64,000 nucleotides of DNA from the NCBI GenBank assembly GCA_963845065.1, contig CAWJQQ010000006.1, positions 64,001 through 128,000 on the forward strand, read 5' to 3'. Within the stretch, counting starts at the first letter, position 1, and each line of letters begins with the position of its first letter. Shown one piece after another: positions 9,958 to 21,096 of this stretch. The notes under the pieces are model-generated. The model had not been told where the DNA came from. It was given only the letters and a program-made list of their open reading frames with translations, and searched no databases. The position numbers were made by a program, and so were the translations under genes. This stretch comes from Nitrospirota bacterium (GTDB lineage: Bacteria > Nitrospirota > UBA9217).

Positions 9958-11191
9958 GTGAACTACCTCGCCCCTTACGAAAGAAGCTTCTTGGTTCATT
10001 GAAGGGCATTGATGTACAGCCTCTCCCCAAGCGTAGATTTCGGCAGTTCCTGCCGTAGACTTTCTCAGAATATTTATTGCAGCCTTGTGGTCACGGTCCA
10101 AAACGGTCTTACAGAAAGGGCAACTATGTACCCTTTCGGCAAGCGTTTTGGGGACTCGTTCTCCACTACAGCTGCAAATGATGCTTGTGTGGTGAGGAGC
10201 GACTTTCTCAAGCTTGCACCCAGCTTCTTCCGCTTTGTATGCGATATAATTGAGAAATTGTCCCGATCCAGCATCTGATATTGATTTGGCAAAGTAATGG
10301 TTCTTTACCATACCTATAATTTAATTAATTTTTTTAAAATCGGCACGTTGGCTGCGGACCTTCCGGTAAAGCTTCGCAAGTACGACGCGAGACTTTCCCC
10401 TGTTTTTAGATCCTTTTTTCTTTGCGGAATGCCTGCGTTGCTTCTTCTTAAGTTTTCTCTCTGCAGTTCACAGGTGTCTGAGGTTTTCTGTCGCTTCGCC
10501 CGTAGAAATAAGGACAGCGAAGTTATAGATGCCTACGTCTATCCCGACGGCCGTATCAGATGCAGGTCTGTGAATTGGCGCATACTCAACGCCGAAGCAG
10601 GCATACCATTTGTCGAGTTCTCTTTTGACCGTGCAGGTTTTGATATCTCCAACGATAGGGCTGTGAAGCTTTGCCTTGATGGTTCCTATCTTGGAAAGTT
10701 TAAGACCCTGCGGCGTTATCTAAAACCCTGGAATCCGTGGATAATAGATGGAGTCGTACTGCCCTATACTCTTAAACCTTGGGTAACCGGCATCCCCGGA
10801 CTTGTCTTTAACCCCGCGAAAAAAATTCAGAAAGGACCGGTCAACGCGAAACAAAACATTCTGCAGGACTTGGGAATGGATGCCATCAAGGGAATTTATT
10901 CTGGTTTTGTCGCTCTTAAGGATCTCTTGCTGTCGTATCCTGGTAAGCCCTTTGCCGGCTTTTCAAATGCGTTTTTTCTGTCTACGATACATGAATTATA
11001 GAGTATCCGACAGGCATCAAGCGTTTGAGTGAGAATCAATGTCTGTTTTTTCGTAGGATAAAGGCGGTACTTATAAGTTTTTATTTTCAACATTGCATGC
11101 AGTACCGTAAAAGATAGCACATGGATCAAATCTTGTCAAAAATGTCGCCTTTCATCCCCTCCCTTTCGGAAAGGGAATCCTCGGCGGTAAG
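9958..11191 (-). mobile_element. tnpB: IS200/IS605 (IS1341-type) element copy 1 with disrupted tnpB
   Basis: Left end follows TTTAA (11196-11192); right end ...GGCGAGGTAGTTCAC at 9958. tnpB is split by frameshifts, and an internal deletion near 10320-10340 removes the RuvC-II AEDL motif. Confidence 0.9.
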
Positions 11192-11396
11192 TTAAATTAT
11201 CATACTATTGTTTAAATTAATTCTGGACAACTTTAAGAAAAAAATAAAACACTAACACTACCCGACACCTTGAACAGCGTAAGCATTCGATGCTATTGTT
11301 GAGAATATTGGTGTCAAAGAATCCTTTTTTTGTTATAATGCTTCCGCATAAAGCGTCTCTTTCATAAAACCATAACTATTGAACAAGGAGGCATGA

Positions 11397-11858
11397 ATGA
11401 AGCACATTCCGTGGATAATGGTCTACTTCGCCTTGCTTCTTCTAGCAGGATTTCCGTCGCAGACATGTGCCGCACTCCACGATCGTCAAGATCACTTTCA
11501 GGAACCCGTGCAAGCATCAGCAACAAATCCCCTTGTCGAGGAAATGAAGACTCTGGACAACGCGTTTCGTGATATCGTTTCTGCCGTGGCGTTGAGTGAT
11601 ACAGCAAAAGTACACGCATCGCTGCAGTCCATGCTCGGCTCCATGGAAAAGACACGTGAAGGCATTCATACCGGAACGGTTATTCTCCCCAAAAATGCGT
11701 CACGCAACAAGGAATTCATCGGGAGGGATATAAAATTTCACGAAAAGCTCGATGCTCTCGATCGAGCTGCCCAACGTAATAATCTGCATGAAATGCTGCG
11801 AATTACAAAGCAGCTCCTTGATGGATGCGTTCAGTGCCATCAAACATTTAGGAAGTAA
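11397..11858 (+). CDS. Exported class II (c'/c556-like) cytochrome c
   Basis: N-terminal signal peptide, helical body, single C-terminal CVQCH haem motif. Confidence 0.8.
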   Translation: MKHIPWIMVYFALLLLAGFPSQTCAALHDRQDHFQEPVQASATNPLVEEMKTLDNAFRDIVSAVALSDTAKVHASLQSMLGSMEKTREGIHTGTVILPKNASRNKEFIGRDIKFHEKLDALDRAAQRNNLHEMLRITKQLLDGCVQCHQTFRK

Positions 11859-12089
11859 CGGGACATTTCATCGCATTTATTTTTTCACATATCCCTCTGC
11901 TCACTGCTCATGGCTGCCCTGCCGTTATGATAGATCAGACGGGCCTGTGGAACATTATCATCGGTAAATATGCACTCACAACGCGAAAGCATGTGAGGCT
12001 TCCCGTGCTATTTCCCTAGAGAGATACGGCTACACGACAGGTATGATAAAGTTTTTTGCTTTCATGCGTCTTTCGGTTATAATGGTTCC

Positions 12090-13076
12090 ATGCCGATCCG
12101 TAAAATTCTCAAGACCAACCCCTTTGTCCTGGCACCTATGGCCGGAATTACCGACTTTCCCTTCCGCATGATCTGTAAGGAATTCGGCGCAGGACTCGTA
12201 TTCTCAGAGATGGTGAGCGTCGAAGCCTTGATTCGCGAGCACAGGCGAACGTACAACATGTTGCGTACAGATCCGGCCGAACGGCCAGTCGTTTTCCAGA
12301 TTTTCGGATCGAAACCTGCATCGATGGCAGAGGCAGCGCATATTGTTTCCCGGGGCGAAGTGGATTTCATCGACATCAATATGGGTTGCCCTGTGCCAAA
12401 GATATTAAAGTCGGGCGCTGGTGCAGCCTTGCTTCGTGATATCGGGCTCGCAAAAGAGATCATGTCCGCTGTTGTGAGCGCATCGAAAGTCCCGGTTACA
12501 GTCAAGATGCGCCTCGGTTGGGATTCTAGAAACATTGTAGCCGTTGACATCGCACAGGCAGCTGAATCCATTGGCATCGCGGCTGTCACCGTGCACGGAC
12601 GGACGAAGGTCCAGGGTTTCTCCGGTAGCGCGGACTGGAGCATGATCAAGCATGTAAAAGACTCCGTCGGTATCCCAGTGATCGGAAACGGTGACGTGCA
12701 TATGGCCTATGATGCAAAGAGAATGATGGAGGAGACCGGCTGCGACGGCATCATGATCGGCCGAGCGATCCAGGGATACCCTTGGATTTTTCGTGAGGTG
12801 AAAAGTTTTTTTGAAACGGGCATCGTGCCGCCCCCTCCCACGATCGAGGAGCGCAAAGCTGTCATGGTGCGACACCTCAAGGATATGGTTAATCTCGTCG
12901 GTGAAAACATCGGCGTCCGGGAAATGCGAAAGCACCTCTGCTGGTATACAAAAGGACTACATAATGGCGCGGAATTTAGGACGAGAATCAACCATCTCTC
13001 GCATGTCGATGAAGTAAAGCGGGCAATACGAGAATTATTCGAGGATGTGCAGAGCGGCGTCCCGGCGTCTCCATAA
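12090..13076 (+). CDS. dusB: tRNA-dihydrouridine synthase B
   Basis: LAPMAGITD, IDINMGCP, VTVKMRLG, VTVHGRT, IGNGDV, MRKH. Confidence 0.95.
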   Translation: MPIRKILKTNPFVLAPMAGITDFPFRMICKEFGAGLVFSEMVSVEALIREHRRTYNMLRTDPAERPVVFQIFGSKPASMAEAAHIVSRGEVDFIDINMGCPVPKILKSGAGAALLRDIGLAKEIMSAVVSASKVPVTVKMRLGWDSRNIVAVDIAQAAESIGIAAVTVHGRTKVQGFSGSADWSMIKHVKDSVGIPVIGNGDVHMAYDAKRMMEETGCDGIMIGRAIQGYPWIFREVKSFFETGIVPPPPTIEERKAVMVRHLKDMVNLVGENIGVREMRKHLCWYTKGLHNGAEFRTRINHLSHVDEVKRAIRELFEDVQSGVPASP

Positions 13077-13195
13077 GACTTAATCTTGCATTTTCGATGC
13101 ACTAGGTGCATTGTATAATATATGATTCAGTGGGTAACATTGAACATGCATGACATCAAACGCATTACATATTGTTCGTTAGGCAAGGAACACTA

Positions 13196-13570
13196 ATGTC
13201 GCTAAAAAAAATACAGCCGGAAGAGACCATCATCGCCGAGGCTCGGCGTATCAGAGGCCTCCGTGAAAAGGAATATCGAGAACTAGCGCTCAAGATGTAT
13301 CCGCACATCTGCTCACGGTGCGGACGCGAATTTTCTGGCAGGAAACTCCGCGAACTCACGGTCCATCACAAGGATCATAACCACGATAACAATCCGCCCG
13401 ATGGCAGTAACTGGGAATTGCTCTGTCTCTACTGTCACGACAACGAACACCAGAAGTATCTCGATCAAGAATCCTTCAGCCAGGGAACCCCTGGTAGAAA
13501 CCATGAGAAGCCATCGACCTATAAGCCGTTCGCCGCTCTTGCGGATTTGTTGAAGGATAAGGAGAAGTAA
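13196..13570 (+). CDS. YajD-family HNH nuclease
   Basis: YRELALKMYPHICSRCGREF..LTVHHKDHNHDNNPPDGSNWELLCLYCHDNEH. Confidence 0.9.
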   Translation: MSLKKIQPEETIIAEARRIRGLREKEYRELALKMYPHICSRCGREFSGRKLRELTVHHKDHNHDNNPPDGSNWELLCLYCHDNEHQKYLDQESFSQGTPGRNHEKPSTYKPFAALADLLKDKEK

Positions 13571-13799
13571 ATCAAGCTGATGATCGGACCAACCCCCTGT
13601 AACGAGCAGGCAACTCTGTCTCAGGCCCTCAGGCCAAAACCGATAGATGAAATCTTATCATTCGTCGCTTGATATTGCAATCTCGACATCGCCCGTTCTA
13701 GGAGCAGGCAAGCACCCGGCCCGACTTAATCCGCCAGGTAATGGGGAGGACAAACAAAGATTTTACCCCATGACTTTCTCACCGGAACCTCGTATCTTT

Positions 13800-14170
13800 G
13801 GATTCCATTGAAACCCACGTGATCATTTTTGAAATGATAACGGACATTCAGGAAAATACAATGCAGCCGACCAGCCTTTTGTGTCTGCACCTTTTCAGGA
13901 TTTGACGAGAGACACTTACGAACAACATAAAGCATGCCCACGCCAAAAAGGTCACGTTAAATCTTTATGTCATAGGAGAGCGCCTCGAGGTTACAGTCAA
14001 GGATGACGGGCGGGGATTTGACGGATCGCAAGCGCCAGAGAGGGGAGAGGCATAAACAATATGGCAAAGCGAGCTGCTGATATGGGAGGTTCCGCCACGA
14101 TTACCAGAGAACATGTCACGTTCATCACAATAAAGATAACGCAATGAACAACAATGTCGATTAGACGGTA
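13800..14170 (+). pseudogene. Remnant of a NarX/HisKA_3-type histidine kinase HATPase domain
   Basis: LHLFRI*RETLTNNIKHAHAKKVTLNL..EVTVKDDGRGFD, then frameshifted GRGINNMAKRAADMGGSATI. Confidence 0.7.
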
Positions 14171-14316
14171 TCACCGTTAAGGGATGTGCCGGAGTAATCA
14201 TGATGATTGATCTTAACCTATCCCATCAGGAATCCATTGGACAGAAAAACAACTCGTATTCCAGTGGTGACAAAAGAATGACGAAATACCTTCACGATTG
14301 TGAATCTGGTCCGCAA

Positions 14317-16212
14317 TCACCGTTTTAGCGCTTCCAACTCTTCCCACCGTTTATAAACCTCGGAAAGCTCTTTTTCTATTGCCTCAAGCCGTGCATTCGT
14401 TTCCGCCACCTTTTTACCGCTCCCAAGATAAAAAGTGGGATCTGCCATGGTGGCCATGATCTGCTGTTGTTCGGCATCGAGCGCTTCAATGCACTTTGGT
14501 AAAGCGTCAAGCTCTTTCTGCTCCTTAAAGGTCAACTTGCGAGGTCTCTCTTTTTGCTGATTCGGCACAGCTTTTTGCTCTTCAGGTTTTACTGAAACGA
14601 CAGAAGCTTCGCTCTTCCTGCGGCTCTGTCTTAACCAGTCGTCGTACCCACCCACGTATTCATTCACTCTGCCTTCTCCTTCAAGCACGAGCGTGCTGGT
14701 GACCACGTTGTTAATGAACTCGCGATCGTGGCTCACGAGAAGTATGGTGCCTGGATAATCCATCAGGAGTTCTTCGAGAAGATCGAGGGTTTCGAGGTCT
14801 AGATCGTTCGTGGGCTCGTCAAGTACGAGCACGTTAGAGGGCTGGGTGAAGATCTTTGCCAGCAACAGCCGGTTACGCTCTCCGCCTGACAGGACTTTCA
14901 CGGGACTTCGAGCACGGGCAGGCGCGAATAAAAAATCCTGTAAATAGCCGATGACGTGGCGCCGGTTACCGTTAACTGTAACGTGATCGCTTCCATAGGC
15001 GACGTTGTCCTGAACGGATTTCTCATCGTCGAGCTGGGCACGGTGCTGATCAAGGTAGGCCACCGCAAGGTTCGTACCGTGTTTCACCTTGCCTTTTTGC
15101 GGTTTCAGTTCGTTCAGCAGGATTTTGAGCAGCGTAGTTTTACCCGACCCGTTCGGACCGATAATGCCGATTTTGTCCCCGCGAATTATCGTTGTTGAAA
15201 AATCGCAAATGACTGTATGGTTGTCGTATGATAGGCTTACATTAGTCGCTTCTATGACGAGTTTTCCCGTGCGCTCAGCTTCCTGCATTTGCATGCGCGC
15301 TGCCCCTGTCAACTCCCGCCGCTGGCTCCGAATGGTGCGGAGTTCCTTAAGCGCCCGCACACGGCCTTCATTCCTTGTCCGGCGCGCCTTGACGCCCTGG
15401 CGTATCCAGACCTCTTCGGCGGCAAGCTTCTTGTCGAACTTCGCATTCTCCACTGCTTCCGCGTCGAGTGTCGCCTGCTTGAGCTCGAGGTAGGTCTGAT
15501 AATTCCCGGGCCAACTTGTTAGCCGCCCCCGGTCGAGATCAACGATCCTAGTTGCTAGTTTCTGAAGCAGCGCGCGGTCGTGGGTCACGAACAAAATCGT
15601 GCCGCCGAAAGTCAGCAGAAACTCTTCAAGCCAGCTGATGGCATCGATGTCCAAGTGGTTCGTGGGTTCATCAAGAAGAAGTAGGTCTGGTGCGCTTGCC
15701 AGCGCTTTCGCGAGCAAAACGCGGCGTTTGAGGCCGCCGGAGAGTTCGGAGAACTCAGCGTCCTCGGAAAGTTTAAGCCGCGTCAGGATCTCCTCGACGC
15801 GCTGCTGCATATGCCAGCCTCCGGCCGCTTCGAACTTGTGCTGGACATCTTCGAGCTCAGCCATAAGCTTTTCACTGTGGTCATGGGCCAGGCTAGCGCT
15901 CACGTGATGATATTGGGCAAGCAGTTTCCCTTGCTCGCCAAAGGCGCCTGACACAACGTCGAACACGCTGCCGATGAGTTTCTGAGGGACTTCCTGTGCC
16001 AGGAGTGCGATGCGAACATTCTGTTGAAAGACTATCTTACCACCATCGGGTCTCACTTCCTCGGTTATGAGGCGCATGATCGTGGATTTGCCCGTTCCGT
16101 TTCTGCCTACGAGGCAGACCCGTTCCCCCCGATCGATGGACAAATCGACTCCGTTGAGAAGCAGGGGTCCGCCGAAGCTGACGTTGACCCCCTGTAAACT
16201 AACTAATGCCAT
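14317..16212 (-). CDS. uup: ABC-F ATPase Uup
   Basis: Two ABC cassettes (GRNGTGKS/LSGG, GPNGSGKT/LSGGE), WIRQGVKARRTRNEGRVRAL linker, C-terminal coiled coil RWEELE. Confidence 0.93.
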   Translation of the reverse strand: MALVSLQGVNVSFGGPLLLNGVDLSIDRGERVCLVGRNGTGKSTIMRLITEEVRPDGGKIVFQQNVRIALLAQEVPQKLIGSVFDVVSGAFGEQGKLLAQYHHVSASLAHDHSEKLMAELEDVQHKFEAAGGWHMQQRVEEILTRLKLSEDAEFSELSGGLKRRVLLAKALASAPDLLLLDEPTNHLDIDAISWLEEFLLTFGGTILFVTHDRALLQKLATRIVDLDRGRLTSWPGNYQTYLELKQATLDAEAVENAKFDKKLAAEEVWIRQGVKARRTRNEGRVRALKELRTIRSQRRELTGAARMQMQEAERTGKLVIEATNVSLSYDNHTVICDFSTTIIRGDKIGIIGPNGSGKTTLLKILLNELKPQKGKVKHGTNLAVAYLDQHRAQLDDEKSVQDNVAYGSDHVTVNGNRRHVIGYLQDFLFAPARARSPVKVLSGGERNRLLLAKIFTQPSNVLVLDEPTNDLDLETLDLLEELLMDYPGTILLVSHDREFINNVVTSTLVLEGEGRVNEYVGGYDDWLRQSRRKSEASVVSVKPEEQKAVPNQQKERPRKLTFKEQKELDALPKCIEALDAEQQQIMATMADPTFYLGSGKKVAETNARLEAIEKELSEVYKRWEELEALKR

Positions 16213-16914
16213 GAAGCACCCTGTTCTTTCTTAAATATTGTGCCCGCATAATGTACCGTGTGCAGTCTATAATTGCAATTAAAATCATGCAAAGGCAAAT
16301 GAAACGGCAGAGCCCGAAAGCCGGGGACACGCAGATGAACGTTGGATAAAAATAATTCGGTACGAATCACATGTGGGTATGTTGACAATAAACAGACGAG
16401 GACAATTCGGAATAAAACCGTGTTACAGAAGTATCAGGGAAGAGGAACAGAGTGGTCGTTAATTTGTAGCATATACTTTATTCCGGTGAATGAAGCCTTC
16501 GCACTGGTGAAATAGAATGAAGATATCGACTTTTTTTATAGTAGCATCGTTCTGCCTCACCTATCTATCCGTGATAGGTTCCTTGATAGTTTATATTTTC
16601 AGATGTTTTGTTCTTCTCCCCGCATTGGGAAAAATTGAAAAAATCTGGAAAAGAAAGTTCACGTGTGTTTGACAATTTTCTTTACTGTGAAAGCACTCTT
16701 AAGGAATTAAACAAAGCCTCTAAAGATCCGGCAGTCTAGTCTTTACAGGGGTTCATATAATTCAGCGAATATGACTTTGTATTTAATATTATTTTATTGC
16801 TGTTATTTTCCAATATCAGTTAACCTCTCGTCTGCTGTCAATCACAGTGTGAAGAGTAAGCATATTCTGCTGCGCACTGTCGGAGAACGAAGGTATATTC
16901 ACGAATCGCGTCCG

Positions 16915-17337
16915 TCAGTCGAGTACAGATGTTTCCCGACGCATTCGCTTGACCTCGCCTCTCTTCTTTTTCCCTTCGATGCGCCTCTCTTTCGCCGCTT
17001 TTGAAGGCTTCGTCCTTTTCCTCGGTTTAGGTTTGTACACGGCCTGACGTACCAGCTCAACTAGACGCAGGATTGCATCCTCGCGGTTCCGCTCCTGGGT
17101 CCGGAACTGACGCGCTTCGATAATGAGAATTCCGTCCTGGGTGATCCGTCTGCCTGCCAAACGGATCAGGCGGGTGCGCACATCACCCGGCAAGGAGGGC
17201 GAGTTCCCCACATCGAACCTTAGCTGTACAGCGGTAGCGACCTTGTTTACGTTCTGGCCCCCGGGTCCCGAAGCACGGACAAAGTTAAGCTGGATTTCAT
17301 TCTCAGCAATTGAGACGGTACGCGTAACGTTTATCAT
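16915..17337 (-). CDS. arfB: Alternative ribosome rescue factor B
   Basis: RASGPGGQNVNKVAT, RTQERNR, basic C-terminal tail. Confidence 0.95.
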   Translation of the reverse strand: MINVTRTVSIAENEIQLNFVRASGPGGQNVNKVATAVQLRFDVGNSPSLPGDVRTRLIRLAGRRITQDGILIIEARQFRTQERNREDAILRLVELVRQAVYKPKPRKRTKPSKAAKERRIEGKKKRGEVKRMRRETSVLD

Positions 17338-17390
17338 GGCCTCACCTTAAGTTAGTATGGACAGCGGTTAACCCCCGTTACATTGTCCGC

Positions 17391-18101
17391 CTAGAACAGC
17401 TTCGAGACCAGCGCAGGCACAGCTGTCTCGACACTCAAAATTCTTTTACCTATCTGCACAGGGATAAATCCGCAGGAAATGAGGTTGTCGATCTCATAGG
17501 TGATAAATCCGCCCTCGGGTCCGATTGCAAGAACCGCAGGCTGTTTGATATCGCGGGGGCAGGGCTCTGAGGCATGTGGGTGGGCTACGATGGAAAACGC
17601 TCCTTTGATGAGACCCGGAAGCTCATCTTCCAAAAAGGGCTTGAATAATGGCCTAAGAAGTACCTCAGGAAACACCGTATCCTTTGCCTGCTCAAGTCCG
17701 ATGACCAGCTGTTCCTGCAGGCCCCCGCTTGACAGCACCGGGCTCTGCCAAAAGCTCTTTTCTACCCTGGAAGAATTAAGCAGAATGATCCGCTGCACTC
17801 CCAGAGAGCTGGCAGCCCGAAGCACTCGCTTTAAGACCTTCGGCCTCGGCAATGCCAGGATAAGTGTGAGAGGAAGTTTTGGCGGCGGATCCTGTTCGAA
17901 TTTTACCTCCATTTCTAGTATAAAAGGCTCTAGTTGTATTACTCTGCCGGCACCGATGCGGCCGTTCAATATACCGATACAGAGTTCATCTCCTATCTGT
18001 GCCCGATGGACCTCGAGCACGTGCATAAGTCGCCGTCCTTGTAAACGTACGCGATTCGTGTTGTCTATGAAATCTTCTTGGAAAAGAAGGATAAGATTCA
18101 A
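17391..18101 (-). CDS. rsmE: 16S rRNA m3U1498 methyltransferase-family protein
   Basis: MNLILL, LALPRPK, RVEKSFW, AIGPEGGF, RILSVETA. Confidence 0.88.
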   Translation of the reverse strand: MNLILLFQEDFIDNTNRVRLQGRRLMHVLEVHRAQIGDELCIGILNGRIGAGRVIQLEPFILEMEVKFEQDPPPKLPLTLILALPRPKVLKRVLRAASSLGVQRIILLNSSRVEKSFWQSPVLSSGGLQEQLVIGLEQAKDTVFPEVLLRPLFKPFLEDELPGLIKGAFSIVAHPHASEPCPRDIKQPAVLAIGPEGGFITYEIDNLISCGFIPVQIGKRILSVETAVPALVSKLF

Positions 18102-18112
18102 CTGAGTTCTCC

Positions 18113-18958
18113 TCAGAGAGTATCGATGTATTGCGCCATTTTTTTTCTCATGCGGTTATCGGGCAGGGTGCCATACCCGGCTTTCCTATCGTCCAAAAGG
18201 TGCTCAGTGTTTCCTGTGGCGGGGATTGCACATGTTACCGTCATATAGGACAAGATGAATTTCAAAAAAAACTGCGACCAGCTGGCACATTCGATTTCTT
18301 TCGCCCAAGGCGGCAAAGGTTTCCCCCGGACCCTGCCGAAGAGATCTGCCGTTTCGAAGGGCCTGTTCACGATCACGCCGATGCCAAGGTCCGCCGCTAG
18401 CGGCAGCAAACGCTCTTCCGCTTCGCGCTTAACAATGGAGTAGTAAATCTGAATGAAGTCTGGATGAGCGGCTTTCATAACATGCTCCATCGTACTGAAC
18501 GCGGACGTTGAGTAATGTGTAACGCCTGTATACCGGATGCGTCCCTGCTCTTTCCAGGAGCGGAGCGTCTCGAAATGCGTTTCCCAGTCCCTAAGATTAT
18601 GCACATGCATAAGGTCGATCACGTTAGTCCGGAGCAACCTGAGCGAGTTGTTCATTTGGCGAATTCCTGGTTCTCTTCCCGTGGTCCAGACCTTGGTTGC
18701 AAGAAAGAGAGAATTACGCACGCTAAGATCCCGAGCCAGCTCTCCCACTACTAGTTCAGCGCTACCATACATGGGAGATGAATCAACCATCCCGCCGCCT
18801 ACCTCGGCAAAAAGCCTCAGCACTTCCTTCAGAGAATCGCGGTCGGCCTTCGATTGTCCGACGTCGAAAACGCTATACGTTCCGAGCCCGACAACAGGAA
18901 TCATTTCCTTTGTGCTGGGAATGGGACGCTTAAGAATTTCAGGTTGCGGTACAATCAT
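18113..18958 (-). CDS. Aldo/keto reductase
   Basis: IPVVGLGT, VDSSPMYG, FLATKVW, IDLMHVHN, IPAT. Confidence 0.9.
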   Translation of the reverse strand: MIVPQPEILKRPIPSTKEMIPVVGLGTYSVFDVGQSKADRDSLKEVLRLFAEVGGGMVDSSPMYGSAELVVGELARDLSVRNSLFLATKVWTTGREPGIRQMNNSLRLLRTNVIDLMHVHNLRDWETHFETLRSWKEQGRIRYTGVTHYSTSAFSTMEHVMKAAHPDFIQIYYSIVKREAEERLLPLAADLGIGVIVNRPFETADLFGRVRGKPLPPWAKEIECASWSQFFLKFILSYMTVTCAIPATGNTEHLLDDRKAGYGTLPDNRMRKKMAQYIDTL

Positions 18959-19119
18959 AGCATTCTTACCTACTTCGTATTAATCCTGAATGTGCGGTTA
19001 ATTAAAGATTGACACGGATATGACAACCTTAAGCGAAAAAAAAGGTTATTATTTGGGTAAATTTTAACTTTTCGCCGGAAATACCCTTCCGTAAGGGAGG
19101 GGATGAAGGGCGACGTTTT

Positions 19120-19148
19120 TTGACAAAAGTAGATTTACGTGGTAATAT
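19120..19148 (+). promoter_or_regulatory. Sigma70-type promoter for tnpB inside the element left end
   Basis: TTGACA-17 nt-TAATAT with extended -10 TG; TTGACA is conserved at the same place in copies 1 and 3. Confidence 0.6.
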
Positions 19149-19161
19149 GTATAGTATTTCA

Positions 19162-20362
19162 ATGTTGAAAACTAAAGCTTACAAGTACCGCTTCTATCCT
19201 CCTAAAAAAACAAACATTGATGTTCGCTCAAACCCTTGATGTCTGCCGAGTGCTTTACAACTCCTGCATTGCAGACAGGAAGAATGCTTTCGAAAAGACC
19301 GGCAAGGGTCTTACCAGGGTACGCCAACAAGAGATCCTTAAAAGCGATAAAACCAGAATAAATTCCCTTGAAGGCATCCATTCCCAAGTCTTACAGAATG
19401 TTTTATTTCGTGTTGAGCGCTCCTATCAAAACTTTTTCCGGAGAGTTAAAGGCACGTCCGGTAAAGCGGGTTACCCAAGGTTCAAGGGGATCGGACAATA
19501 TGACTCCATCCATTATCCGCAGACTCCGGGGTTCCAGTTACTAATACCGCAGAATAGCCAGAGTCATCGTGGACGCCTCAAACTCTCCAAAATAGGGACG
19601 ATTAAAATAAAGCTTCATCGCCCAATCATCGGGTCTGTCAAAACCTGCACGGTCAAAAGAGAACACGACAAGTGGTATGCCTGCTTTTCCGTGGAGTATG
19701 TGCCTAGTTCAAAACTCGTATCTGACAAGGCCATCGGCGTAGATGTTGGCATACATAATTTCGCTGTTCTTTCTACGGGTGAGACAATAGCAAATTCTAA
19801 GTACTTGCAAACCACCGAGAAAAAACTCAAGAAGAAGCAACGTAAGCTTTCCTCGAAGACGAAAGGTTCTAACAACAGGAGGAAGGCTCGAGTTGCGCTT
19901 GCCAGGCTTCATCGGAAGGTCCGTAATCAGCGTTCTGACTTTCATCATAAGACCTCCCGTAAACTCGTAGATACGTATGGGTTCATCGCAGCCGAAGACC
20001 TGAATATCACAGGCATGGTCAAGAACCATCACCTTGCCAAATCAATATCCGATGCTGGATGGGGACAATTTCCTAATTATCTTGCATACAAAGCGGAAGA
20101 AGCTGGGCGCAAGTTCGACAAAGTCGCTCCTTATCACACAAGCATCATTTGCAGCTGCTGTGGGGAACGGGTGCCTAAAACGCTTGCCGAAAGGGTGCAT
20201 GATTGCCCTTTCTGTAAAACCGTCATGGACCGCGATCGCAACGCTGCAATAAACATCCTGAATAAGTCTACGGCAGGAACTGCCGAAATCTACGCTTGGG
20301 GAGAGGCGGTGCTGCAAGGCCCCTCAACGAACCAAGAAGCTTCGTCCGTAAGGGCGAGGTAG
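19162..20362 (+). CDS. tnpB: RNA-guided endonuclease TnpB with a +1 frameshift in an A7 run near codon 16 (long ORF 19217-20362)
   Basis: MLKTKAYKYRFYP start at 19162; RuvC motifs IGVDVG, AEDL, DRDRNAAINI; Zn ribbon CSCCG..CPFC. Confidence 0.9.
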
Positions 20363-20432
20363 TTCACTTTAAAGTCTTTTCCTATTTGTTTCAAACCATG
20401 TTTATCTGTGGTTAACATTGCTGTTTCGGGGA

Positions 20433-20957
20433 TTATTCATTTTTGTTCGCATCTTTAAACGGCTCATACTGAACACGTACGATCGTGAACAAAGTATCGC
20501 CTTTCGGCCGCTTGACGACGACTTCATCACCTTGGGCCTTTTTCATGAGCGCCTTGGCCATGGGAGAATCCATGCTGATTAAACCTTTTGCAGAGTCGAA
20601 CTCATCAGGTCCAACGATGCGATACTCGCTGATACTTCCTTTTTCGTCCTCAAGCCGCACCCAGGCGCCGAAAAAGACCTGGGACCTGTCCCCGGGAAGT
20701 GTGTCAACAACCGTAATATGTTCGAGCCGGTTTTTGAGGTGATGGATCCGCGCATCGATTTCACGAAGCTGTTTCTTGCGATAGATGTACTCCGCGTTTT
20801 CCGAACGGTCGCCCTCCGCAGCAGCAGCCGCAAGCGCTGCAGTCACCTCGGGCCGCTTCGTGTGCCAAAGGTATTGAAACTCGTCGGAGAGACGTTTCTT
20901 GCCTTCGGGCGTTATATACTTGGATCCCGCTTTTTGGGGAGGACGATATCTGCTCAT
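20433..20957 (-). CDS. greB: Transcription elongation factor GreB
   Basis: YITPEG, AAAEGDRSENAEYIYRKKQLREID, ISMDSPMAKAL. Confidence 0.95.
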   Translation of the reverse strand: MSRYRPPQKAGSKYITPEGKKRLSDEFQYLWHTKRPEVTAALAAAAAEGDRSENAEYIYRKKQLREIDARIHHLKNRLEHITVVDTLPGDRSQVFFGAWVRLEDEKGSISEYRIVGPDEFDSAKGLISMDSPMAKALMKKAQGDEVVVKRPKGDTLFTIVRVQYEPFKDANKNE

Positions 20958-21096
20958 GAGATGAATATACGGCAATGGGGCCAAGGAATCAAGGCGGATG
21001 AGAGCGCCGAGACAAGTAATAGATTATCCGTGCGAGGAGATGAAGTTCTTGGATTTAGCATGATTGTGTAGGAACCGAGATAAGGAGGCTTTAGGA

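Larger units (their letters stand above)
19068..20367 (+). mobile_element. IS200/IS605 (IS1341-type) element copy 2, full length (1300 bp), no tnpA
   Basis: TTTAA at 19063-19067, left-end sequence shared with copies 1 and 3, right end GGGCGAGGTAGTTCAC at 20367. Confidence 0.9.

Noticed and set aside
10297..11001. 234-aa plus-strand ORF
   Set aside because: Antisense shadow of the decayed tnpB.
16290..16335. GGCAGAGCCCGAAAGCCGGGGACACGCAG resembles the P2 region of a c-di-GMP-I riboswitch
   Set aside because: The stem pairs poorly, GGCAAA/GACGCAAA are degenerate, there is no P3 and no co-oriented gene follows.
20368..20390. TnpB guides (3' flanks of copies 1 and 2) targeting another site in this window
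   Set aside because: No matching TTTAA-adjacent target was noticed by eye; the default is targeting of the empty donor site. An exact search is needed.
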